DNA of 37,192 nt from Oligoflexales bacterium (GTDB lineage: Bacteria; Bdellovibrionota_B; Oligoflexia; Oligoflexales; Bog-1112): positions 1 to 37,192 of the forward strand of contig JBGCDR010000333.1 in NCBI GenBank assembly GCA_045105515.1, read 5' to 3'. This document shows positions 17,011 to 26,031 of the stretch, piece by piece (the first letter of the stretch is position 1; each line of letters starts with the position of its first letter). The notes under the pieces are model-generated. The model saw only the letters and a program-made list of their open reading frames with translations, made no database searches and was not told the DNA's origin. Both the position numbers and the translations under genes were made by a program.

Positions 17011-20000
17011 ATGAAAATTGTCGGATTTTGTCTCCGCAATGCCTTGCTATTAAATTTGCTAGCTTTGGGAATAATAGCTACGGGTATTTTTACTGCTATC
17101 CATATTAATAGGGAGGCTTTTCCAAACGTAGAATTTGACATCATCACCATCCAAACCAAATACCCCGGTGCTAGCCCTAAACAGGTAGAGTTTTCAATCA
17201 CAACTCCCATAGAACAAGAAATAGAAACGATTGATCATTTATCAGAACACTACTCTTTTAGTGTTGAATCTTTAAGTCTGATTGTAGTCAAACTCGACCC
17301 AGAAATAAGTGATCGGATTAAAAGTGGGGTAATTAACAATATCCAAAGATCAGTTGATAGGGTGCAACTGCCTACAGACCTCCCAGCTAATCCGCTTGTC
17401 AAAGAAGTTGACAGTGGTGAACTTCCGGTAATCGAACTTGCTTTATCAGGGAATCTAAAAGAATCTAGGCTTCAAGAGTTTGCCGATGACTTGGTGAACA
17501 AAATTAAACGACTGCCAGATGCTCACCCCCCCCTTAATTATGGACTTAAAAACAAAGAGTATTGGGTGGAGATAGACCCAAAAAAACTCAAGCAATATCA
17601 TGTAGGAATGCCACAAATTATAGCGAGCCTAGCAGAGAGAAACTTGAACTTTCCTGGCGGCATCTTCAACTCCCCAGACGGGGATTTAATGATAAGAACT
17701 GTAGGCGAAATTCATAATAAAGAAGAAATAGATCAACTTATAGTGAGAACTAACTCGTCCAACACGGAAATAAGAATCAGTGATCTAGGCAGGACCACAG
17801 CTGCATTCGAAGAATCCAACCTCAAGTTCAAAACTAATGGCAAGCCATCAATCAATCTGATAATTAGGAAAAAAGCAAATGGAGACAGCATTAATCTGGT
17901 AGCGGATATAAAAAAAATAGTTGAAGAATATCATTCCTTACCCGGAAGGGAGCAATTAAGCATTGCATTTGTAAACGATACCAGTCTATTCGTAAAAAAA
18001 CGCTTAGGAGTGCTCTTAGATAATGGAATAATAGGAATCGGATTAGTAATCATTTGCCTATTACTTTTTCTTTCAAAGGGTATAGCTCTTGTCGCAGCTA
18101 TGGGTATGCCTGTAGCAATTCTCGGTGCAATTGCAACTATGGGTCTACTAGGAATGTCAATCAACCTACTTACCTTATTTGCCCTCGTCATTGTCCTTGG
18201 CATGCTTGTAGATGATGCCATTATCGTAGCAGAAAATATCTGGAGGCATTACGAAGAGGGTAAAAGTCCATGGGATGCAACTATTCAAGGCACTAAGGAA
18301 GTAATAGTCCCAGTCACATGCACTATATTGACAAGCATTTCTGCTTTTTCTCCCCTACTGATGGTGGAAGGGATATTTGGAAAGTTTATAGAGTCTTTAC
18401 CTAAAGTTGTTATCATTGCATTGGTCATTAGCTTAATCGAAGCATTGTTTATTTTACCAAGCCATGCTTATGATGCCTTACGATTGTTTCCAAGAAAACA
18501 GAAGAAAGGTTCAAGCAAACTTGCACATCGTTTTATCCAATTTCTAAACCAAGCATATGTTAATGTATTGAAGAAAATACTTAAATGGCGTTACGGATTT
18601 GTTTTTTCACTTATAACGATACTCATATTCAGCTATTGGTTCAAACAAAACCAAATGCGTACGATCTTGTTCCCTAACGATGGGATCGAATACTTTTTTA
18701 TTCGCGGAGAGTTAGAATCTGGGAGTTCCCTCCAAGCAACAGACGAAAAAATGAGTGTTTTTGAGGACCTGCTCAAGGAAACCTTACACCCTAACGAACT
18801 AATGAATTTTGTCACTTACATTGGCCTCCAACAAAGTGACCCTATAGATCCGTTCAAAGCGCAGGCTAGTCATCTCGGTCAGATAGGGGTTTATTTAAGC
18901 CCGGAAAGCGAAAGAAACCGTTCTGCAGACTCCATCGTTAACTCACTGCGAAAAAAAGCTGAGCCACTGGCAAAGGAACATGGTCTCAAGAAGCTATTAT
19001 TTGTTCGTCAAAAGCTAGGACCACCAATGGGAAAACCAGTAGCAATTCGAATTCAAGGACACGATCTGGATAAAATGCAAGAAGCTGCCAACAAGATAAG
19101 TAAACTGCTCGCTAAGATAGAAGGCATAGACGATATCAGTAGCGATTTTCTTCCAGGAAAACAAGAACTACAGGTCCATATTGATGAAAAAAAAGCAAAA
19201 AGAGCCTACCTTTCTACCAAAGAAGTTGCATTACACCTTCGCACTTTACTTGCAGGTCAAGTGGCTACCCATATCCAAGAAGTCGATAAAAAAATCCCTA
19301 TTAGAGTCAGATACAATAAAGCTAGCCGTAATGAACTAGCCCCAATTTTTGAATCCCTGATCCTCAATAGACTGGGAATGCTTGTCCCAATGAGCACCAT
19401 TGCAGAATTTGAAAAAAAGACAAGCTTAAGCAACATTCGGCACAGAAATAGCTCACGGATTATTACTTTAGCGGCAAATATTGATGAAAGTGTTACTACA
19501 GCCACTGAAGTTGGAGCACAGTTGGCATCTACAGTTCAAAAGATTAGAACTGAGTACCACGGACTCAATATTGAGCAAGGAGGAGAGTACGAAGATACTA
19601 CTAAAAGTTTAGAAAGCTTAAGCAAATCTTTTTTAATGGCATTATTGGTGATTTTTTTGATCCTTGCTGCTCAGTTCCATAGCCTTAGTCAACCCTTTGT
19701 TGTAATGGCAGCTATTCCGTTCGGTTTGGTAGGCGTAGTAGCAGCTTTTTATGCTCATAATCTTCCTTTTAGCTTTTTGGCAATGGTAGGTATCATTGGC
19801 CTGTCAGGTGTAGTTGTTAATGACTCTATCATCCTGGTCGACTTTATTAATAAGGGTTTAAAAGCTGGATTATCTCCCTTTGCTGCCACTGTAAGGGGTG
19901 GGAAACTGAGATTTCGTGCTGTTTGGCTTACAAGTATCACTACAATTCTTGGTCTACTACCCTTAGCATATGGAATTGGTGGTGAAGACGCCTTTTTAAA

Positions 20001-20184
20001 ACCTGCAGCAATGGCCCTCGGATATGGCTTATTGTTTTCAAGCATTCTTATCTTACTTTTTATTCCAGCTTTATATTTGATTCATGCAGACCTTATCCTA
20101 ATTCTTAAAAAAATATGGAAGTTTGCAGTATCTCGCTTAACACCAAGTTATGTAGGAAAGCCCTTAAAAGGTGAGTCTTTATAA
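17011..20184 (+). CDS. RND efflux permease (AcrB/AcrD/AcrF family)
   Basis: 1057 aa. REAFP, YPGASP, GMLVDDAIIVAENI (TM4 Asp pair), GVVVNDSIILVDF, RFRAVWLTSITT, LLPLA. Confidence 0.95.
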   Translation: MKIVGFCLRNALLLNLLALGIIATGIFTAIHINREAFPNVEFDIITIQTKYPGASPKQVEFSITTPIEQEIETIDHLSEHYSFSVESLSLIVVKLDPEISDRIKSGVINNIQRSVDRVQLPTDLPANPLVKEVDSGELPVIELALSGNLKESRLQEFADDLVNKIKRLPDAHPPLNYGLKNKEYWVEIDPKKLKQYHVGMPQIIASLAERNLNFPGGIFNSPDGDLMIRTVGEIHNKEEIDQLIVRTNSSNTEIRISDLGRTTAAFEESNLKFKTNGKPSINLIIRKKANGDSINLVADIKKIVEEYHSLPGREQLSIAFVNDTSLFVKKRLGVLLDNGIIGIGLVIICLLLFLSKGIALVAAMGMPVAILGAIATMGLLGMSINLLTLFALVIVLGMLVDDAIIVAENIWRHYEEGKSPWDATIQGTKEVIVPVTCTILTSISAFSPLLMVEGIFGKFIESLPKVVIIALVISLIEALFILPSHAYDALRLFPRKQKKGSSKLAHRFIQFLNQAYVNVLKKILKWRYGFVFSLITILIFSYWFKQNQMRTILFPNDGIEYFFIRGELESGSSLQATDEKMSVFEDLLKETLHPNELMNFVTYIGLQQSDPIDPFKAQASHLGQIGVYLSPESERNRSADSIVNSLRKKAEPLAKEHGLKKLLFVRQKLGPPMGKPVAIRIQGHDLDKMQEAANKISKLLAKIEGIDDISSDFLPGKQELQVHIDEKKAKRAYLSTKEVALHLRTLLAGQVATHIQEVDKKIPIRVRYNKASRNELAPIFESLILNRLGMLVPMSTIAEFEKKTSLSNIRHRNSSRIITLAANIDESVTTATEVGAQLASTVQKIRTEYHGLNIEQGGEYEDTTKSLESLSKSFLMALLVIFLILAAQFHSLSQPFVVMAAIPFGLVGVVAAFYAHNLPFSFLAMVGIIGLSGVVVNDSIILVDFINKGLKAGLSPFAATVRGGKLRFRAVWLTSITTILGLLPLAYGIGGEDAFLKPAAMALGYGLLFSSILILLFIPALYLIHADLILILKKIWKFAVSRLTPSYVGKPLKGESL

Positions 20185-20189
20185 TCTGT

Positions 20190-20224
20190 GTCATTTCGTC
20201 TGAGCATTTACGAATGGAGAAATC
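20190..20224 (+). repeat. Solitary copy of the GTCA-tagged REP-like repeat
   Basis: GTCATTTCGTCTGAGCATTTACGAATGGAGAAATC closely matches the reverse complement of 2884-2917 (GTCATCTCGACTGAACTGTGCGAATGGAGAAATC). It lies between the convergent RND and pyrE genes. Confidence 0.75.
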
Positions 20225-20239
20225 CCTTAAACACGGAGA

Positions 20240-20929
20240 CTAGAGAAAGCTCTGAGATCCATAATGAGATAGGTATTTATGCATTGCAGTAAGGCGTTCC
20301 TGATTTAACCAAACTCGCCCCAAAACCTCTTTTTCCTTCAAACTCTCGACAATCTCAGCAACATTGATGATGGCGTGGACTGGAAAACCAAACTCTTGTT
20401 CAATCTCATCTTTAGCTAATACATCACCATTGACTCCCTTTTCCATGCGATCTATACCCACAAGTGCCCCTCTAACCTTAACCCCACTAAGTTTGAGAAA
20501 GTTAATGGATTCGCGAATACTGGTGCCACCAGTCAGAATATCCTCAATAATATAGACTTCCGCCCCAGGCTCTAGGTTTGCTCCTATGAATTGTCCCCCT
20601 TCACCATGGCCTTTAACTTCTTTTCGATTATAGCTAACTTTTAAATCCCTTCCGAGCCGAACATAAACTCTTTCAGCCAAAAGAACGCTCAAAGAGATTC
20701 CTTTATAGGCCGGACCATAAATATGATCGATGTCAGCCGGCACATATTGCTCGTAAGCTTCAAAATAGTAGTCTGCAAGTTTTCCAAGGTTTTTACCTGT
20801 AGCAATTGAGCCCACATTCACAAAGTAAGGGGATTGACGCCCAGATTTAGTGGTAAAGTCGCCAAATTTTAGCGCATGACTTTCGAGTAACAATTCAATA
20901 AAACCAAGTTTATCCATTGGCATCCCCAT
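20240..20929 (-). CDS. pyrE: Orotate phosphoribosyltransferase
   Basis: LKFGDFTTKSGRQSPYF, GPAYKGI, YNRKEVKGHGEGG, PRPP loop IIEDILTGGTS, DRMEKG. The start may be the ATG at 20917. Confidence 0.96.
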   Translation of the reverse strand: MGMPMDKLGFIELLLESHALKFGDFTTKSGRQSPYFVNVGSIATGKNLGKLADYYFEAYEQYVPADIDHIYGPAYKGISLSVLLAERVYVRLGRDLKVSYNRKEVKGHGEGGQFIGANLEPGAEVYIIEDILTGGTSIRESINFLKLSGVKVRGALVGIDRMEKGVNGDVLAKDEIEQEFGFPVHAIINVAEIVESLKEKEVLGRVWLNQERLTAMHKYLSHYGSQSFL

Positions 20930-21067
20930 TGTTAGAGAAGGTTTTTACCGAGCTGCAAAGAGTTTGAGAGAGCTTGACTTAACTAAAGCCCTCCTTTAAA
21001 ACTCACACTAGTTGAAATAACGGAATCCTTCCATTCTTGAAAGCAAACCTTTAAGGGACAGAGCGCA

Positions 21068-22660
21068 GTGAATCTTGATAAGGAAATCAAACGTCGCCGA
21101 ACCTTTGCCATCATCTCTCACCCAGATGCAGGTAAAACAACTATTACCGAAAAGCTACTCCTATATGGCGGAGCAATTCAGTTAGCAGGAACTGTAAAAG
21201 CAAAACGATCAAAGAAGTTTGCGACTTCAGACTGGATGGAACTTGAAAAGCAAAGGGGTATTTCTGTCACAAGCTCGGTGATGAAATTTCCCTATAAAGA
21301 TCATGAAATCAATTTGATCGACACTCCCGGTCATGAAGACTTTTCCGAAGATACTTACCGAACCTTAACCGCTGTCGACAGTGCTCTTATGCTAATCGAC
21401 TGTGCCAACGGTGTGGAAACCCAGACTAAAAAGCTCTTTCATGTCTGCCATATGCGTAAAACCCCGGTCATGACCTTTATCAACAAAATGGACCGAGAGG
21501 GACGAGATCCTTTCGAACTTCTTGAGGAAATCGAGCAAGTTTTAGGTATTGCAACTTACCCTGTCACTTGGCCTATAGGCAGAGGCGGGCTCTTTAGGGG
21601 GGTTTATCATCGAGAAACCAAAGAACTTATTCTGTATGAAAAAAACTCCGATAGGGCCTCACGAGTTGTCCCTCTAACAGGTTTATCTCTGGGCTCAGTA
21701 GAGCTGGAAAAAGAAATTGGAACCGAGCTAGCTGAGGAATTAAGAACAGAGATTGAACTACTCGATGGTGCTGGCGACCACTTTAAGCAAGAGAACTACT
21801 TAAAGGGTGAGATTGCCCCCGTATTCTTTGGCAGTGCACTTAACAATTTTGGGGTGCAAACTTTACTTGACTATTTAGTCAGCCTAGCACCAATGCCACT
21901 ACCACGTAAAGCTGTACAAAGAGCCGTAGACCCTACTGAAAAAAAATTCACCAGCTTTATTTTCAAAATCCAAGCTAATATGGATCCCTCACACCGTGAT
22001 CGGGTCGCATTTATGCGTATCTGCTCGGGGAGGTTTGAAAGAGGAATGAAGGCGCATCACGTCAGGCATAAACGTTCCATGCGCCTAGGTCGCCCAACCC
22101 AATTCATGGCCCAAGATCGTAGTCTTGTGGATGAGGCTTACGCTGGCGATATTGTAGGGATTCATGACCCAGGAGTCTTCAAAATAGGCGACACTTTGAG
22201 TGAAGGTGAAGCAATAAGCTTCACTGGAATTCCAGTATTTGCACCTGAGCACTTTGTCCGGGTCCAGCTTAAAGACCCTCTAAAATCTAAACAACTCAAC
22301 AAGGGTCTGGATCAGCTAGCCGAAGAAGGAGCTGTGCAGATTTTTCGTCCCATCACTTCAAATGATCAATACCTAGGGGTCGTGGGTATCCTTCAGATCG
22401 ATGTGGTCAAGTACAGAATCAAAGCAGAGTATGGGGTGACAGTAGATATGAAGCCTCTACCTTATACGGCTGCCCGTTGGATAACTGCCGAAGATCCAAC
22501 AAAATTGGAGACTTTGAAAAAAGAACAAGCAAACAACATCTGCTTGGACATTCATGGCAATCCTACCCTATTTTTAGACCACGACTGGCGACTGAAATTT
22601 CATCAAGAACGGCACCCTGAAGTGGAATTTCACACAACTTCGGAAGCTGTTTCAGTTTAG
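21068..22660 (+). CDS. prfC: Peptide chain release factor 3
   Basis: RRRTFAIISHPDAGKTT, SDWMELEKQRGISVTSSV, DTPGHEDFSEDTYRTL, FKIQANMDPSHRDRVAF, QLAEEGAVQ. Confidence 0.98.
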   Translation: MNLDKEIKRRRTFAIISHPDAGKTTITEKLLLYGGAIQLAGTVKAKRSKKFATSDWMELEKQRGISVTSSVMKFPYKDHEINLIDTPGHEDFSEDTYRTLTAVDSALMLIDCANGVETQTKKLFHVCHMRKTPVMTFINKMDREGRDPFELLEEIEQVLGIATYPVTWPIGRGGLFRGVYHRETKELILYEKNSDRASRVVPLTGLSLGSVELEKEIGTELAEELRTEIELLDGAGDHFKQENYLKGEIAPVFFGSALNNFGVQTLLDYLVSLAPMPLPRKAVQRAVDPTEKKFTSFIFKIQANMDPSHRDRVAFMRICSGRFERGMKAHHVRHKRSMRLGRPTQFMAQDRSLVDEAYAGDIVGIHDPGVFKIGDTLSEGEAISFTGIPVFAPEHFVRVQLKDPLKSKQLNKGLDQLAEEGAVQIFRPITSNDQYLGVVGILQIDVVKYRIKAEYGVTVDMKPLPYTAARWITAEDPTKLETLKKEQANNICLDIHGNPTLFLDHDWRLKFHQERHPEVEFHTTSEAVSV

Positions 22661-24198
22661 AACCTTTGAAGATAAGCAAAAGCTTCGGGTAATTTTGCAA
22701 TAAGATCACTTGCCATCAAACTATAAGTACCAAGTTCACCTCCCGCTAACTCCCCACTTACACCATGAAGGTAGGCAGCTACACATAAGCCTTGAGCTAA
22801 AAAAGCCCCTATCATTCCAGCAAGAACATCTCCTGTACCAGCAGTAGCCATTCCCGGATGACCCCGGGGCATTATCCTCACATCAGTATTAGGATGAAAA
22901 ATAAAAGTAGGAGCTCCCTTAACAAGTAAGGTCACCTGATGTTGATCCACATACTCCTGACAAACTTGCAGATTATCTAAATTGAGGGCGAAGCTCTTTT
23001 CGACCTTAAGGAGGCGTTTTAACTCCCCAATATGCGGAGTCATAACGGTATGTTCGGGCAGAGAAAAAGCTTTGTCAGCATAAACAGTTAGTGCATCTGC
23101 ATCCAAGACTAAGGGTATTTTTAAATTTGGAACCAGCTCGGGTAGCACTGCATAGACATCTATATCAAGGGAAATACCTGGTCCAATCACACAGGCATCC
23201 CCTTGATTAAAATGTTCGCTCAAAAATCCAATATTTGATCTGCTAAAGACCCCCTGTCCTGGCTCGAGCAACATTCGAACTACTTCAAGGTCAAGAATAC
23301 TGAAGCCCTGATAATCTTTTTGATTGATTGCTAGTTTGACTAAACCGCATCCAGTGCGTAACGCAGACCGACATACTAGAGCTGCTGCTCCTTCCATCCC
23401 TTTAGACCCGGCCCAAACATGTAAAAGACCTGCTTGATATTTATGCCTTTGGCGCTCAATTGGAGGAAGCTGGTTTTTGACCCATTTTGCTTCTAGCAAA
23501 AAAGCTGAAGCCTTAGCATGCATCTGAGCACTTTCACTTAAGCCAAATAATATCTCCTGTAATACACCTACATGATTCCAAGCTTTTCCTAAGAAGTAAC
23601 CCATCTTAGGAAACCCTAAATAGTAAGTCCTTGCTGCATGAATGCATACTTGTTCGGAATCCTGGTCTGTTCCTGTATAGCCCGTATTACCATTGATCCC
23701 AGAAGGGATATCAATTGAAAAAATAGGTATCCCTGAGGAGTTTGCTGCAATAACCAAGTCACGGTATAATCCTTGCAATACCCCAGAAAAACCAGTTCCA
23801 AATAGAGCATCTATTAAAATACAAGGCTCTGATTCAACTAGCTCTTTCTGTCCATTATAAAGTTCAACCCTTCCTCCATTAATCAAAAAATTATCTTTTT
23901 TTTGTGAGCACAAAGGACTCAACGATTGTTGGCCAGGCACTTCCCAAACAATTACCCGGTAGCCCATGACAAGTAAGCACTGAGCAGCGCAATAGCCATC
24001 TCCTGCATTATTTCCTTTGCCAGCAAGTACATAAACTGTGGAATTTACAAATCCATCATTTTGCTTACAATATTGATCTATATGGATGGCAATCGCCCGA
24101 CCGACTCTTTCCATAAATTTAACTGCTAATTTTTGACCAAATTCACTGAACTCTTGCTTTTCAAGAGCAATCATATCGGTAGAATTAAGAACTAGCAT
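22657..24198 (-). CDS. nnr: Bifunctional NAD(P)H-hydrate repair enzyme (YjeF-N epimerase plus dehydratase)
   Basis: GKGNNAGDG, DALFGTG, DIPSG, HKYQAG, GAAAL, IGPG, LDADAL, TPHIGE, MATAGTGDVLAG, YLHG. A GAGGAG RBS favours ATG 24198 over the track start at 24234. Confidence 0.95.
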   Translation of the reverse strand: MLVLNSTDMIALEKQEFSEFGQKLAVKFMERVGRAIAIHIDQYCKQNDGFVNSTVYVLAGKGNNAGDGYCAAQCLLVMGYRVIVWEVPGQQSLSPLCSQKKDNFLINGGRVELYNGQKELVESEPCILIDALFGTGFSGVLQGLYRDLVIAANSSGIPIFSIDIPSGINGNTGYTGTDQDSEQVCIHAARTYYLGFPKMGYFLGKAWNHVGVLQEILFGLSESAQMHAKASAFLLEAKWVKNQLPPIERQRHKYQAGLLHVWAGSKGMEGAAALVCRSALRTGCGLVKLAINQKDYQGFSILDLEVVRMLLEPGQGVFSRSNIGFLSEHFNQGDACVIGPGISLDIDVYAVLPELVPNLKIPLVLDADALTVYADKAFSLPEHTVMTPHIGELKRLLKVEKSFALNLDNLQVCQEYVDQHQVTLLVKGAPTFIFHPNTDVRIMPRGHPGMATAGTGDVLAGMIGAFLAQGLCVAAYLHGVSGELAGGELGTYSLMASDLIAKLPEAFAYLQRF

Positions 24199-24308
24199 AC
24201 AAGCTCTCCTCAGGTCTTTTTGTATTGGCCACATTTTGGCTTTGATAAATTAAATCATTTCTCTCTAAAATAGAATTTGCTAGGATCTGACAGCTAGATC
24301 ATATTGAT

Positions 24309-25973
24309 ATGATTGACTCACATAGGTTTCCAAACATGGGGACTCACCTTATTTTTTCAATATTATTCATTTTTTTTATGACTTATCCCAGCATAAGTGT
24401 ATCTCAAACCTTGCACACCCAAAGCCAAGGAAGCAAGCAATATCTTTATGACTCCATCAGAATTGGTGCAGGTTATGACAGCCTTGCTGGAAAATTTAAA
24501 AAAAATTGCATGGTCAAGATGAATTCACCTATTGCCTTCGAATTTAGCGATAAAAAGAATTTCCAATTATTTAGAATTGAAAAGCTTAGTCAACTTACCA
24601 AAGCATTGGAACTACCTCCTACAGCCCTCCTACCCGGCTCACCTCATGCTTTATTCAAGGGAAAGCATGACTTTTTTAAATCGCTCACTTTCAACCGATT
24701 TAACCATTTCATATTGGCAAAAGCCAAGATTACCTTCACTGAAAAAAATATTGGTGATTCCATATTAAAGGAAAAATACATAGGATATTTGAAGGAAAAT
24801 GGAATAAGTCAGTTCACGGAAAGATGCGGAAATACCTACTTAAGTAAATACTCAATGGGAATCGAATACTTCCTCCTTTTCGAGTTTGTATCGAGTACCG
24901 GAAAAGAGCAAAAAAAGCTAATCTCTCTGTTCGAATCACTCAACCAACATTCTTTTAGAAATCATGAATTTTTCGAGATCTTATTTTCTTTTAGAAATTT
25001 AACCATCAACAAAATTAATATTTATAAACAGGGCCAATCACTCAGCTTAGATAATCCAAAGCAAAAACAATTGGCAATGATCCTAGACCAAATAAAATCT
25101 GAAATGCTTAGCAAACAGCTCAAACCTCATTCCTTTGTTTTTTCTTCATACCCACCCTTTATTCATAGCCAGAGCCCTAACCCAAACCAAGAGGTTTTAA
25201 AAACTATTCTATCTTACTATGCTGAAAACCTAGAAACCATGCGCGACCTAGATTACATTAGTTCTTTTCCCAATAATTTTAAGTTACCAAATATAGAGTC
25301 CAAGCTAATAGATTGGAAAGGTCAAGCTAGCTATAATTTAAGCTATCTATCACGTTTATTTTCTCAATGCGCCAGTAAGTTTGAACCTTGTTTAGAACCA
25401 AAGATGGAACTATCATTTAACCCTATCCCTAGAAATTTGGAAATAAAACAGCTTGAACCAAGACCGCTACAGCATGATTCATGTTTGACAACGATTTATA
25501 AATTGGGCAGGAACAGACAATGCGGAGTTGCTTCGTACTTGCAAAGGCAAATGCCCTATTGTGGCGTTGCAAGGTACCAAAAAGCCCGGAACAAACTATG
25601 CCCAGGCTTCATTCCTCCCTCGGGTCCCAAATTATTAAAAAGAGGCTACTTATCTTTGAAACCTTTAAAAAAAGATGAACTGTGGCTTTTGAACCAAGAG
25701 TGTCAAGAAAAGTTTGGCAGTGATTGGATCTATTCAGATATGAATCCTGTGAACCATGGGCCACTGCGAGGCAGTCAAAGAATTGAAGGGCAGCTTGGGT
25801 ATCACACCTGTATCAGGCTTGCTAAGATTGTTTCTTGCAGACACCCCAATCATGGAGTAGAGGCCTATAAAAAATGTGAACATCCCAGTCATGGAATCGC
25901 AAAGTATAAAGAATGCAGATTGCCGGAATTTGGGGTGCAGTACCGGATTCCGAGATCTTGTTTATTAAGATAG
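24309..25973 (+). CDS. Exported protein with MACPF-like N-terminal domain and C-terminal 13-aa Cys repeats
   Basis: Signal peptide. IGAGYDSLAG...C and FTERCGNTYLSKYSMG motifs. Periodic C-x12 repeats. The start may be the ATG at 24336. Confidence 0.7.
   Translation: MIDSHRFPNMGTHLIFSILFIFFMTYPSISVSQTLHTQSQGSKQYLYDSIRIGAGYDSLAGKFKKNCMVKMNSPIAFEFSDKKNFQLFRIEKLSQLTKALELPPTALLPGSPHALFKGKHDFFKSLTFNRFNHFILAKAKITFTEKNIGDSILKEKYIGYLKENGISQFTERCGNTYLSKYSMGIEYFLLFEFVSSTGKEQKKLISLFESLNQHSFRNHEFFEILFSFRNLTINKINIYKQGQSLSLDNPKQKQLAMILDQIKSEMLSKQLKPHSFVFSSYPPFIHSQSPNPNQEVLKTILSYYAENLETMRDLDYISSFPNNFKLPNIESKLIDWKGQASYNLSYLSRLFSQCASKFEPCLEPKMELSFNPIPRNLEIKQLEPRPLQHDSCLTTIYKLGRNRQCGVASYLQRQMPYCGVARYQKARNKLCPGFIPPSGPKLLKRGYLSLKPLKKDELWLLNQECQEKFGSDWIYSDMNPVNHGPLRGSQRIEGQLGYHTCIRLAKIVSCRHPNHGVEAYKKCEHPSHGIAKYKECRLPEFGVQYRIPRSCLLR
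25482..25952 (+). repeat. Two blocks of 13-codon (39-nt) Cys-periodic protein repeats
   Basis: Cys codons at 25482, 25521, 25560, 25599 (CGVASY/CGVARY) and at 25836, 25875, 25914 (CRHPNHGVEAYKK / CEHPSHGIAKYKE / CRLPEFGVQY). Confidence 0.85.
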
Positions 25974-26031
25974 TGGATTAATTAGGAACTAGAATTCACA
26001 TTATTTTACGACGAATTGAAATAGTAAAATT

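Noticed and set aside
3955..22660. Repeated tail-to-tail stop overlaps (3955-3958, 6543-6546, 9497-9510, 22657-22660)
   Set aside because: Four-base convergent overlaps such as CTAG are common in compact bacterial genomes and do not imply a special system.
21068..22660. Link between prfC and the nearby frameshifted gene
   Set aside because: prfC is an ordinary intact housekeeping gene 11 kb away, and nothing in the sequence connects them.
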